Assembly (NCBI GenBank): GCA_900128395.1
Contig: LT649349.1
Coordinates: 1-34,664 of the forward strand
DNA: 34,664 nucleotides
Source of the DNA: Stramenopiles sp. TOSAG23-2
Taxonomy: Eukaryota
Reading direction: 5' to 3'
In this document: piece after piece, positions 10,303 to 22,557 of the stretch
Numbering within the stretch: the first letter of the stretch is position 1
How the letters are laid out: the number at the start of each line of letters is the position of its first letter
The notes under the pieces: model-generated
What the model was told of the DNA's origin: nothing
Database searches by the model: none
What the model saw: only the letters and a program-made list of their open reading frames with translations
Translations under genes and position numbers: made by a program

Positions 10303-11399
10303 ATGGCATCACTAACTACTGACCCACCTCCCGCAAAGCAACGACGTACTACATTACAACCAGCAACAATTGAAGCCTTGGAAGAAGAACGTGCAGAACC
10401 TATTGAAATTGGTACATTAGTTTTACCAGCTGGATTTGAGTCTGCCTGCGGGATAATGACAAATATACTTCAATATTTAGATATTCGATCATTATGTAAT
10501 GTGAAACGATCATCTTTGATACAACAATGTAGAAAAGCATTTGGATGTGATGATTTTGAACGTGTACGTGATGTAGCATTAAGGCTTAGTTATGAAGGTA
10601 GAAGAAGTATAAATGAGATGAGACTTTCACATCCAGCGAGAAGACTTTATTTATTAATTGAAAGATATAAAAGTGAGTTTCCACGTGGTACGAGGTTCGA
10701 ATATACTATACCAACACCTATCGTATGTGCATGTGAACACGGACGTATGGATGATGTAGAATTATTTGTGAATCTTCATCCTTTTCACAAATGAGACTTT
10801 CACATCCAGCGAGAAGACTTTATTTATTAATTGAAAGATATAAAAGTGAGTTTCCACATGGAACACCTATCGTATGTGCATGTGAACACGGGCGTATGGA
10901 TGATGTAGAATTATTTGTGAATCTTCATCCTTTTCACAAGTATATTACTAATCGTGATGTGAATGGCTACAGAGATGATATGACATTGAAAGATATGGTG
11001 AATCAAGTCGGTAGATCTAGTGTTGGTTATGAAGGTACACCTTTAATGGCAGCTGCAAGAGAAGAACATTTCCAAATAGTTAAATATTTAATTGAACAAG
11101 GTGAAGCTGATCCTAATATTACAAATAGATATGGAGTGAATGCATTACATTTAGTATGTAATAACGGAACGGATACTGAGTTGATTCAATGCTTATTAAA
11201 TCATATGACGATTGAAAGTATTAATAAGACAGACAACGATGGAGAAACTCCATTAGATTGTTGTTATAGAGATAATGATAGTCCAATTCGCCAAGAAATG
11301 ATTGCACTTTTACGTACAAAAGGTGGAATTGCAAATAATTTTGATGAAAATGGTGATCGTATAGATTCATCAGATGATGAAGAAGAAGATGATTATTAA
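10303..11399 (+). CDS. F-box-like + ankyrin-repeat protein, paralog 1 (frame broken by internal duplication 10618-10790/10791-10939)
   Basis: It has an NLS-like PPPAKQRR, an F-box-like IMTNILQYLDIRSLCNV, ankyrin motifs TPIVCACEHG, TPLMAAAREEH, NALHL and GETPLD, and an acidic tail. The two ORFs become one if one duplicate copy is removed. Confidence 0.75.
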
Positions 11400-11821
11400 A
11401 AAAACATCTCTTTGACACCAAGGAGAGATAAATGGGAGAAGTAATCTATATACATCATACACTATATATCTAGTTGTATAATAAAATGTTCTTGTAACTC
11501 TTCTATCCTGATACACATCTCTCATTGTACTCTTATTAATCGTCTAATTTATAAATTTGCAAGAAGAAAATAAATAATAAAAGTGGTTCTTTCTCACATC
11601 AAAAAAATATATCACAACCTCTGATCATATTTCTGTTGTATACTACCAAGCCTGCATGCCTACCAATTACCACCTCCTAAAATCATCGAAATCGTCGAAG
11701 TGTCGAATTAATAAAAATAAAAAATGAATTGAAATTTGTGTGAAGATTGATTTCATTGAGAGAGAGAGAGAGAACACAACAAACAATAACAACAAAAGAA
11801 ACAAAAAAAAACAACAACATT

Positions 11822-13226
11822 ATGGCATCTATAACAAATAATAATAATCAATCACTTACTACAACTACTGCTACTACAAACAGCAACAGTACTAATGATG
11901 ATAATGGAATTGATGAATATAAAATATTAAAAACAATATCTGGAATTGAAAATAAAATATATAATTTACAAGCTGAAGTTGCAAGGAAAAATAAAGAAAT
12001 TCAACTATTAACGGAAGAAATATCAAAATTAAAACAACCCATGATTGAAAGAAGAAAGCATATGATAGCAGCATCAACGACTATAGGAAATCCACCACCT
12101 GCAAAACGTCGACGCACGATGTTACAACCAGCAACCATCGAAGCCTTGGAAGAAGAACGTGCAGAACCTATTGAAATTGGTATATTAGTTTTACCAGCTG
12201 GATTTGAGTCTGCTTGCGGCATAATGACAAATATACTTCAATATTTAGATATTAGATCATTATGTAATGTGAAACGATCATCTTTGATACAACAATGTAG
12301 AAAACGATTTGGATGTGATGATTTTGAGCGTGTACGTGATGTAGCATTGAAACTTGATTATGAAGGTAGAAGAAGTATAAATGAGATGAGACTTTCACAT
12401 CCAGCGAGAAGACTTTATTTGTTAATTGAAAGATATAAAAGTGAGTTTCCACGTGGTACAGCTAACAGAGATGAAATATCAACACCTATCGTATGTGCAT
12501 GTGAACACGGACGTATGGATGATGTAGAATTATTTGTGAATCTTCATCCTTTTCACAAGTATATTACTAATCGTGATGTGAATGGCTACAGAGATGATAT
12601 GACATTGACGTATGGATGATGTAGAATTATTTGTGAGTTTGCATCCTTTTCACAAGTATATTACTAATCGTGATGTGAATGGCTACAGAGATGATATGAC
12701 ATTGAAAGAATACGTGAGTCAAGTCGGTACAAATAGTGATGGTTATGAATTTACACCTTTAATGGAAGCTGCACATAACGAACATTTCCAACTAGTTCAA
12801 TATTTAATTGAACAAGGTGAAGCTGATCCTAATATTGCACGTAGTACTGGAGAGAATGCATTACATTATGCAGCAGGTTGGAACAGTACTACTACTGCTT
12901 TGATTCAGTTCTTATTAAATCATTTGACAATTGATAGTATTAATAAGACAGACTCGGATGGAGAAACTCCATTGGATACTTGTTATGAACATAATAATCA
13001 TAGTCCAATTCGCCAAGAAATCATTGCACTTTTACGTTCAAAAGGTGGAATTGCAAATATTAATAAGACAGACTCGGATGGAGAAACTCCATTGGATACT
13101 TGTTATGAACATAATAATCATAGTCCAATTCGCCAAGAAATCATTGCACTTTTACGTTCAAAAGGTGGAATTGCAAATAAATACGATGAAAATGGTGAAT
13201 ATATAGATGATGAAGATGATTATTAA
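11822..13226 (+). CDS. Coiled-coil + F-box-like + ankyrin-repeat protein, paralog 2 (frame broken by 97-bp duplication 12512-12608/12609-12705; in-frame 120-bp duplication 12938-13057/13058-13177)
   Basis: The first ATG is at 11822. It is nearly identical to paralog 1 over the F-box-like region, has an extra N-terminal coiled coil and carries the same ankyrin motifs. Confidence 0.75.
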
Positions 13227-13370
13227 AAAACACTTAAATTTTATACCTCGCTCGCCCTAAAAGATCCTCCTGATCATATATATATATATATATATAGTTG
13301 TGTATATCTCTCTCTAATACGACGTACCCTTCTCATAAAAAAAAAATCCTCCTCTCTCCTCTCCCCTCTC

Positions 13371-15166
13371 TCATTTAAATGTAAACACTTTAATCCCTTC
13401 ATATTGATTTTCATCATCAACATTATTCATCCCAGTACCACCATCATCATCCGTATTACGACCACCATATTCTGATAAATCAACCCAATCATCATTCGGT
13501 TCTGCCCAATTAAAAATACCTTTATGTTTTCGTAAATTCAATGGTTTCAACATCATCATCCGTATTACGACCACCATATTCTGATAAATCAACCCAATCA
13601 TCATTCGGTTCTGCCCAATTAAAAATACCTTTATGTTTTCGTAAATTCAATGGTTTCAATGTTTTACCTAAATTTTCAATTTGTTCTTGTGTTAATAATG
13701 CATTCTCTAATTCCTCCTTCGTTAATGGTTGGGATGATTTTGATAAAAATTGACGTGATAATGCTACTGCATTGTCGGTTGTTAAATTTAAATGAGATGG
13801 ATCTAAAAATTTACTAACCCATTTAGGTAATTTATCACGTTTATCTTTGGAATTATATCGTGCATCGGCAAATAATACTAAACCATAATCCGTTTTCGAA
13901 CGAACGACACGGCCAACACATTGTGATGTTTGTCGTAATGCATCAAATGTTAAATAATAACTTTGTGTAATTTTTGGATGTTTTTCTCTTAAAAATTCCA
14001 TACGTGATTCTAATGAATGACTTTTTGTATATTGAAATGGTATGCCAAACATAATAACACATCGACCATATTGTCGATCAAAATCAATCCCTTCCGCAAC
14101 TTTACCTCTAGCAATGGAGAAAAATACAGCACCACGACCACAATCACATGCTTTTTTAAAATTTTGCAATGCCAATGTTGTTTCAACAACATCCTTCGTT
14201 TCAATAAAAATTAATTTATTTTTTTGTACTTCTTCTAAAACTCGTTGTTCGTTCCATTTTAATATAACTTTTTCCATAAATGCATAACTTGTAAAAAAAC
14301 AAACCATGCCATCTGGAACAATTTTACACATATCAGAAAGTAATTTTCCATAATTATAAATAACACTTGGATCTCCCCGTTTATTATATGCAGAACTAAT
14401 TTGTGAATTATCACTACCACGAGTAACGACCATTGGACAAATAGGTGTCCGTGTGACTGACATTGTAAATGATTCTTCAACACATACACGACCTTTCATT
14501 CCTAATACTTTTGGATAATAATCCAATGGTGACAATGTCCCCGATGTAATAACAACCGTTCGAAAACGTTCAAACACGTGTTTAATTGCAATCGATGCAT
14601 CCATACATGATAATTGTAAAACAGAATCACGAAAATTTTCGATCTGTGTACTAAATGGTTCAATAATACAAACAAATCCTTTTGGATATGTTGCTAATAA
14701 CGTAGCAAAATCTGCTACAAGGGACAATGGTGTATATTCATTTAAATCCGTAATTTCTAAAGTTCGTAATAATGAATTTAAACGTGTATATGCAAATTTT
14801 AATGGTTTTTCCTCAATTGCTGTTGTTTTTCGTAAATCATGTATAAATCGTAACGGTGTTTCTTTCGTAACTACTTCGGCATTTCTTAATCTCGATCGCA
14901 AATAATTTACAATAGAGGATAAAAATGTACAAAATAAATCAGCTCGACGAATACTTGCTGGTATTGCTTCCATTGCAACATCTTTTGGCAACTGACCAAA
15001 TGCATTATTATTATTGTTATTCATACCTCCACCAGGTGGTACCGGATTTTGTAATCCATTGTAATCATTAATAACCATTCCATTACCACCACCATTTGGT
15101 ATTGCTGTCGTCGTAGTATTAGTGGTAGTTGTTGTTGTTGTTGTTGTCGTCGTCGTTCCATTGTTG

Positions 15167-15203
<37 letters not shown>

Positions 15204-16155
15204 CCTCATTTCCTAATCCTCTTACTAATTGAGCATATTCACGTTGTAATTTTTCTGCATCTGCTTCTTTCATTTCAGTTACTCTATTTTTCAATTTTTT
15301 TATATTATTTGCTGCCATTTTTAATCGACGTTTATCTAAATAAACACTTAATGCTTCAATGCAAATACTATCAATATTATGCGCTTCATCAAATACAACG
15401 ATACTTTCCTTTGCTAATTCTTTTGTAACAATTGCACTAACTTTTGGATCTAATAAATATTGATAATTAAATACAACTACATTTGCTGCACCAATTGCTT
15501 GACGTGTCATGAAATATGGGCACCATCCATTTTTTCTACCTAAATCTTTTAAATCATCTAATGTATAAATACCTTCATTTAATACATATTCTGTACCAAG
15601 ACGATCATATTCTTCAAAAAAAGAACAACCATTACCATTTGGAATATTAAATCCACCCGCAGCACCATTATTATTATTGTTGTTGTTGTTGTTGTTATTG
15701 TTTTTTTGACGTATCCATGGTGCTGTCATTGAACGACATGCACTATCTACTGATTCACCATCAGCTTCAGCCATTGCAGTTGGGTGAATGCACATATTTC
15801 TACGTGCACTTAAACATAGACCAACGATTTTACAACCATGATCATTTACTTCTTTGCGCCTATATGCAATTACTTTTTTTAATTCTTCAACACATTTAGT
15901 CATTTCTGGTACAGTACGTGTACAATAAATTAATTTTCCAACTTTATCTTTATGTGCAGCTTGATATGCAGTAATTAACGATAATAACGATACCGTTTTT
16001 CCTGTACCTGTCGGCATTTCCAATAAGCAATGCCTCCGTTTTTCATTCCCACCATGATCCAATGTTTGTTTTAAATATTGCATATATTTATATTGTTCTG
16101 GATATATACGATCATATGGAAAAAAAACTTCAACATTATCCAATTTAAACCTCAT
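13371..16155 (-). CDS. ERCC2: TFIIH DNA helicase subunit XPD (RAD3/ERCC2)
   Basis: Motifs are FPYDRIYPEQY, LEMPTGTGKT (Walker A), Fe-S cluster Cys residues, DEAHNID, TSGTLSPL, RGKVAEGIDF and QCVGRVVRSKTDYG. As assembled the ORF stops at 13522 because of an exact 109-bp tandem duplication (13442-13550/13551-13659). Collapsing it gives a C-terminus ...DDDGGTGMNNVDDENQYEGIKVFTFK ending at 13371. Confidence 0.96.
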
Positions 16156-16785
16156 TTAAATATATTATGCTATAACCACGCAGGTGATAAAACGGTGGAT
16201 GATATTTTTATTTATTTAATTTAATTATTGAAGAAATGTTGTTGGGTGGTTATTATATGTAATTTTTCCCCCCTTTGATGATTATTATATGTATTATGCC
16301 GTATGTATAAAACAAAAACAACGTTTATGTAGACGGCTATATATCCATTCAATAAATGTAAATACAAATATAGATGGAAGAATGTAAAATTGTCTTTTTT
16401 GGATAATATTTTTTCGCACGTTTTCGCACCACGTTCGTTGTGTATACCTGCTATTTCCCAAAAAATAATGGAAAGGATTTTCTTAATACTTTTCCCATAC
16501 TGTGCTGTTATAGAAAATTAATAACACTAATTATAATTAAAAAATTGCATCATAAAAAATGTAAAATGGTGGTTTTAGGGCATTTTCCTTAAAACAAAAT
16601 GTCGTTATTGTGCGGTGTGAAGAGCAAGAAGAAAAAAAAAAGATTTAAATTTTGCAAAATAAAAGTCATTAATAATAGAATTAAAGAAATATGAAAAAGA
16701 ATGATATTGGGACAAATGAAAAAAGAAAACTTGGCGTATATTGTTATTTTTTAGTTTACAGTACAACATTGAATAATTGTTTGTT

Positions 16786-17796
16786 ATGTCGTCTAAAAAA
16801 ATGTCTTCCGAAGTAGAGGCAGACAGGGAAGAAAGAAGGTGCTTGTTGGAGGAAATGAAAGTGATACAGAAAAAGTTGGATGTAGTGGAGCAACGTATGT
16901 ATCAGCGGTTGCACAAACATGGGTTGATGAAATTGAAAATATGCGCACCAGGTTTATTGGCAAATATTATTGGATTCATTGCATCTGATCCCAAAACATT
17001 AGTATCCTTCAAACTCTCTAGTATTTTGAAGCAATTCAATGACGCGATGGATCCGTTGAACGGAGAAGAGGTCAGTAGAGCAATGGATAAATTACTTTCA
17101 AAGAATATTTGGCATTATAGTGTAAAACAACATTTTGAACGTGTTTATGTTGAAAGACGCTATAATAGTGACTTTTATTTAAATTTGGTTTTTAATTCAA
17201 AAATGATTATATTTAAAATATTAAAAGAGTTACCGAGAAAGTATGAGGAAGAAATAGGCAATATGGATGATAGTCCCCCGCTGTATATTGGAATTTGCCG
17301 AAGTAGGCTTACAGAAAGGGGGCATGATATCAAATTTCTGATTGAAAACTATGATATTAATATTTATGAGAAACGTAGTATGAACTATATTTTAAACTTG
17401 GAACGAGGCTTAGATTATGAGGGTGGTACTGAAAACTGTACGCTTTTGAATTGTGCCGTTGGGCAGACTATGGATTTTGTTATGATTGATTTGATAGAAT
17501 GTCTCTTGAAGCAACCTCTGATTGATGTGAAAGCAACTGATGCAGAGCAGTGCAATGTACTCCATGCATCACCCCAGGTTCCAGAGTTATGGGAATTATT
17601 TTGCTCTTTTGAAAAATGTTTTTCTGAGGATGTGATGAATGCAGTCAATCAACATGGTGAAACACCTTTGGATATGCTATATTGCTTATACCAAGTAGGA
17701 GTAGAAGATGGAGAAGACGAAGACGACTTGAGAGAACATATGGAATTAATTGAATTTTTAAGAAGCAAAGGTCTGAAGCGACAAGCGGATTTATGA
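16786..17796 (+). CDS. Divergent coiled-coil/F-box-like/ankyrin-repeat protein
   Basis: The first ATG is at 16786. GLLANIIGFIASDPKTLVSFKLSSILKQ parallels GIMTNILQYLDIRSLCNVKRSSLIQQ of the paralogs. It has TLLNCAV, NVLH and VNQHGETPLD ankyrin motifs and the family ending LIEFLRSKG. Confidence 0.7.
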   Translation: MSSKKMSSEVEADREERRCLLEEMKVIQKKLDVVEQRMYQRLHKHGLMKLKICAPGLLANIIGFIASDPKTLVSFKLSSILKQFNDAMDPLNGEEVSRAMDKLLSKNIWHYSVKQHFERVYVERRYNSDFYLNLVFNSKMIIFKILKELPRKYEEEIGNMDDSPPLYIGICRSRLTERGHDIKFLIENYDINIYEKRSMNYILNLERGLDYEGGTENCTLLNCAVGQTMDFVMIDLIECLLKQPLIDVKATDAEQCNVLHASPQVPELWELFCSFEKCFSEDVMNAVNQHGETPLDMLYCLYQVGVEDGEDEDDLREHMELIEFLRSKGLKRQADL

Positions 17797-17958
17797 TACC
17801 TCTCGTAATATATATATATAAAAAATAAAAACAACAGGTTTAAAAAAATATGTGTTTAAAACCGCCGAAGAATTTTTTTTTAAATTTTACACCACACGCT
17901 TTTAAGGTAATATGGGCATCGAGCCAACGTAAAACGTAAATTGTAAAAATGAGACGGC

Positions 17959-18235
17959 AGATCTCAAAATTTAAACGTGATTTATAGTATCGGAATAGCA
18001 GGTGGTATAATTTAATGCTGTGTATATATTATTGTGATAGACGTACTTTAATTTTTATAACATTAACTTAACAATTTCTACTCCTATCAAAATTTGTATT
18101 ATATGTTTCCTATGTAACATATATATTCTACTAAGTGCAAATATGTCTATCGCAATAATATAGACACAGCACTAAATTATAACACCTGCTATTTCCATAC
18201 TAAATCACCAACCCGACGTTTAAATTTTGAGATCT
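17959..18235. mobile_element. MITE-like/foldback element with ~85-90-bp terminal inverted repeats
   Basis: 17959-18042 is the reverse complement of 18145-18235. The first 20 bp (agatctcaaaatttaaacgt) are perfect, followed by a short indel and high identity. There is no ORF inside. Confidence 0.65.
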
Positions 18236-18472
18236 TAGGAACTTTTTTATATTTATTTTTATAAGCTTATAAGCACCTTAAACAAACTTCTTCTTAGAAA
18301 ATTCTATTTAATAATTTATTAACAACTAAAAAACACACATAAATACATCGAAAATCATCCCAGGTATAGTCGTCGTCGTCTATCCATCACGATTGTAAAA
18401 TGTAAATTTACAATTATATATTATAAATACTTGTATTAGATATATACACATCAGAATTTTACAAAACGTAAA

Positions 18473-19173
18473 ATGTTTCTTAAAGCGATGCAACGCAAAT
18501 ACAATGTCGCGTCTATGAAAAATATCATAAAACGACATTCATTGATTCATAAAAAAAATAAAGTAGTTGTACATTTTAGTACATTTATTAATCATCCTTT
18601 TAATAATGATAATAATAAACAATATGTGAAATATAAGAATAATATACAAATAAATAAGAATAGCTTGTGTAATTATAATAAATATTGGTTACGTGAATTC
18701 CATGCAAGTTCTAGTGGCATGTCAATGGATGATGTATTATTGACACCAGTATGTGCAAAACGAATTAATACGTTAAATAAAAAATCAGGTAATAATGAAT
18801 ATTTAAGAATTTCTGTAGAAAGTGGTGGTGTAAGTATTTCCTATAGCTATTATCAAACCTTATTAGATTCATAACTGACATATCTAAATATATATATATA
18901 TATATATGAACTTGATCAATAAAACAGTGCAGTGGTTTCCAATATAAATTTATGTTGGAAAGTAATGATGAATTAGATGAAGACGATGACCATGTATTTG
19001 AACGCGATGGTGCAAAAGTTGTTATTGATGATGTATCATATGAATTTGTTAAAGGTAGTACAATTGATTTTGAAGAGGAAATGATACGTAGTTCATTTGC
19101 TGTAATTAATAATCCAAATAGTGAAAGTGGTTGTGGTTGTGGTGTATCATTTGCTGCTAAAATTGATATTTAA
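18473..19173 (+). CDS. ISCA2: Mitochondrial iron-sulfur cluster assembly protein, A-type carrier ISCA2, 2 exons (18473-18829, 18928-19173)
   Basis: Splicing intron 18830-18927 (gtaagt...acag) restores LRISVESGGCSGFQY. The C-terminus is NNPNSESGCGCGVSF, and the basic N-terminal presequence ends in REFHAS. Confidence 0.92.
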
Positions 19174-19285
19174 AAAATATAATATACAACACATGATGTA
19201 ATATTATATATATTACCCGCGCCTTTTATTTTAATTTTCGTGTTAGTACTGACGGCCCTCTTTCTCTCTCTCTCCTTCTCTCTTT

Positions 19286-22200
19286 TCAAATCTGCCATAC
19301 ATGACCTGTTGAATCATGCAATTGTTTATCTTTCAATTGTTCTTGCTCATGTACTTCTTTTGGATGTAAAAACATCTCTTGTACATTGAATGCATATGGT
19401 AACCAAATGATTTTGATAAATCCATGTTTCCAATCGACAGTCGATTTCTCCGTTTCCGGTCGGAATGCATTTAAACGTTTAATACGTCTATCCTCCGCCG
19501 TTTTCTCCTCCCGTATACTTGTATATGAAGTATTTAAAATGGCTAAAAAGACATTTACTAAAATCATCGATACAAATACGATATATACGGTGAAAAATAT
19601 CGGCGTCCATACTGGATCTGTTAAACGCATTGATTCATAATCCACTAATCCAACGGTCATTTTCAACAACGTTTTTATCGTCAATGTAAGTGTACTAAAA
19701 TCACCAATCGATGCACCATAAATATTATGTGCCAATACACCAAAACCAAAAAACGTTGCACTAAATAAAAACGTGAAAAATATAATTTCTAAACTTGCAC
19801 GTAAGAAGACATCGGTAAATTGATTCATCACATCGATTGTGGATAAAAATTTAAACACCCGTAAAGAAGCGAAAAACACAACAAATGATTCAAATGCAAA
19901 TCCTAATTCATAGACATATGCATAACCATTCATATCGACAAATGTTTGTAGCATTTCCGGTGACCATAAACGTTTAATTTCAGCATTTGCTACACCATAC
20001 GTATAAAAACGTGATATGATGGACGTGAAAAAAAATGTAAAAATTAATAGGTGATGTACATGCCATAAACTTCGCACGGATAAAGAGACACAACGACGTA
20101 TTTTGTTGAAAAAATTCAATTCCCAAAATTCAATGGCAACTATGAATAAAAAGACCAGGTACAATGCCATTTCCGCTACGACAAATCCATCGCAAAAGAA
20201 ACATAAATCTAATGTAAAAGCACGAACGCGGTATGATGATAATACTCGACCACTATTGCTAAATTCAATACGATAATATGCACTTGCATATGCATTGTAA
20301 TTTGGATTATATACATTATAACTCAGTTCCACCAGACGAGTTTGATGATCAATCCATAACCCTCGTTTCAATGCTTGGATTGTTTTTGGAAATGTTTTTC
20401 TATTTGGATCAATATCTAATACAAAGCCACCAGGAGTATACGATCCTAATGCTCCTGACCATGCTTGCCCACCACCTTTTAAATCACTACCTTGTGTCCA
20501 ATAAAAACCAGGTGATTGATTATCATGATATGAATCGACGGATTGGGACGACTCTTGAAATGGTGGGAAACAATCTTTAATAAATTGACTTGCTAAATTA
20601 TTAATATAACATCCAACATTTGCTTTTACGCGTAATTGTCGCAAACGAATTTTACCAACAATTTGTGTATTTCCACTATTTAAATATCCTGTTTTATTTT
20701 CATGAAACATTCTTGTTACAGGTCCTTCAAGCCATTTCCACGTATGATCAGCACTTGCTATACTTTCGAATTTTAAACGTTCATACCTAGTAGAACTAGT
20801 ATACGATCCTGTAAAAGCACCACTATCATCTATTTCAGGTTGTGTTTCTGTGACTGGAAATACAAAACTATTTCTAGCTACATTATGTCGTGCGGCATAT
20901 AACAGCCAATAACTTTGATCAATATCTCTACGATATAACAACGTTACATTTAATAAGATCATAAACATGGCATAAAAAATAAAATCACGCAATAACTTGC
21001 TATTTTTGTAAACAAACATTCGTGATGGTGCATTTTCCATTACCTATATAATATATAAACCAATACATATATCGGTTTTGTTGTTAGTAATTATATATTT
21101 ACATTATAAAAGAGAAACGGTATGTACGTGTGTGTGTGTGTGTGTTTGTATATACATATATAACTTACATTAGCCATTCCACCAGGTAATGTATTTGGAT
21201 CAGCATATAATTCTTTATTATGAATAAATTCACCATTATCATCTTTAATGAAAGCAAGATTGGCTTTTTTTTTATGTGCTGCACTATTATTTTCACCATT
21301 TTTTTTTTCCTCATCTTTTGATTCATCATCATCATTGTTCGATTCATTATTCTTATTATCATGTTGTGCTTGATGTATTTTTTCTACTACATCCTTTCGT
21401 TCTTGATCTCTTTTTGATAATATGACTAATTCATTTAATTTTAAATTCTGTACAAATACTAAATGTAATTCTGGACGTATACGATCTAATGGAATTTCAT
21501 CTTCCACAATGGCATTACCTGGCCATATTGTACGACTAACATTGTCCTCTAAAAATGTATAATCTGGCATTAATCCCCAATGTGCACATGATTCATCTAT
21601 AATATCATGAAACGTAGCACCATCTTGAACTCTAATAACACATTGATATACACTTTCACCACCAATACCATCTGCTTCTGTATATAAAACAACGAGTTCC
21701 TTTACTTCTACTTGTTTCATTCCTTGTACATGTTTAATTTGTTTCTTATGTCGTTTTTCTAACCATTTCGAACCACCTTCAATTTCATCTTTTAATAAAT
21801 CTTCTGCATCTTTTTGTTTTTTTAATTGTTCAGTAAGTATATCTATATGTTCAAAATGAATATTTTCATCATCATCATTATCATTGTACCCATCATTTTT
21901 TTTCGAAGCTCCTTGTGGATTACCATCTTCGTTTCCTTCATCATCGCTATTTTTTGATTCTAACTCATCGTGATGAAATGGTAAATGTGCACCTTCTTTT
22001 TCATCATCATCGCCTAAACCACGACGAGCTAATGAAAAATCATCTTCATCCTTTCGTGATTTTTTACTAGAACCTATATTTACAACATCTTTATCTTCTA
22101 AATGTGGAACAGTTACATCTTTTGCAGAGATTGGCACATTGTCATCTTCATCTGAATCGCCTGCGTCGTCTTCATTAAATAAAACACGGTCGTACACGTC

Positions 22201-22557
22201 ACCTTTAAAAACTTTATATTTGCGTGCTAATATATCATCACGTACTTCCTCGACATATTGTTTAATAATATCATGTGCTAATTGTCGCAACTCAGCAACG
22301 GTAGCATCCCCTGCTGTACCTTTTAAATCTTTCACTTCTTTAGATAATAATTGTGCTTCTTCCGTACCAATTTGCAACTTTAATAATGTTTCACTATATC
22401 GCTTCTTCAGTTCTTCCAATTCTTTTTGTTTCATTTCATTATTCCTTGTAACTTGTTTTAATTTTTTTTTCACTGATTTTAACGACGTAGTTTTAATATT
22501 AATACCTTCTTTTAATTTTTTTAAATTTAAGCGCATAATGCGCGGATCCGATTGCAT
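19286..22557 (-). CDS. Polycystin-2 (TRPP/PKD2-family) cation channel with long coiled-coil/acidic N-terminus, 2 exons (22557-21169, 21043-19286)
   Basis: It has TOP-domain motifs IVGKIRLRQLRVK, YTPGGFVLD, WIDHQTR and YNPNYN, six hydrophobic TM segments, and S6 ILVNVFLAILNTSY. The phase-0 GT-AG intron 21168-21044 joins the two ORFs in frame. Confidence 0.88.

Noticed and set aside
10780..12620. Programmed frameshifting or overlapping ORF pairs in the ankyrin genes
   Set aside because: The frame changes coincide exactly with tandem-duplication junctions, and no slippery site is needed to explain them.
13371..13604. Separate 77-aa gene or alternative XPD C-terminus
   Set aside because: It is explained by the exact 109-bp duplication and most likely contains the true XPD C-terminus.
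10303..17796. Endogenous giant-virus insertion suggested by intronless ankyrin/F-box genes
   Set aside because: There are no viral hallmark genes. The ankyrin genes are interleaved with XPD and other host genes, and many host genes here are also intronless.
13371..19173. Functional cluster of an Fe-S protein (XPD) with an Fe-S assembly factor (ISCA2)
   Set aside because: ISCA2 serves mitochondrial clients whereas XPD is matured by the cytosolic CIA pathway. Adjacency in a gene-dense genome is most likely chance.
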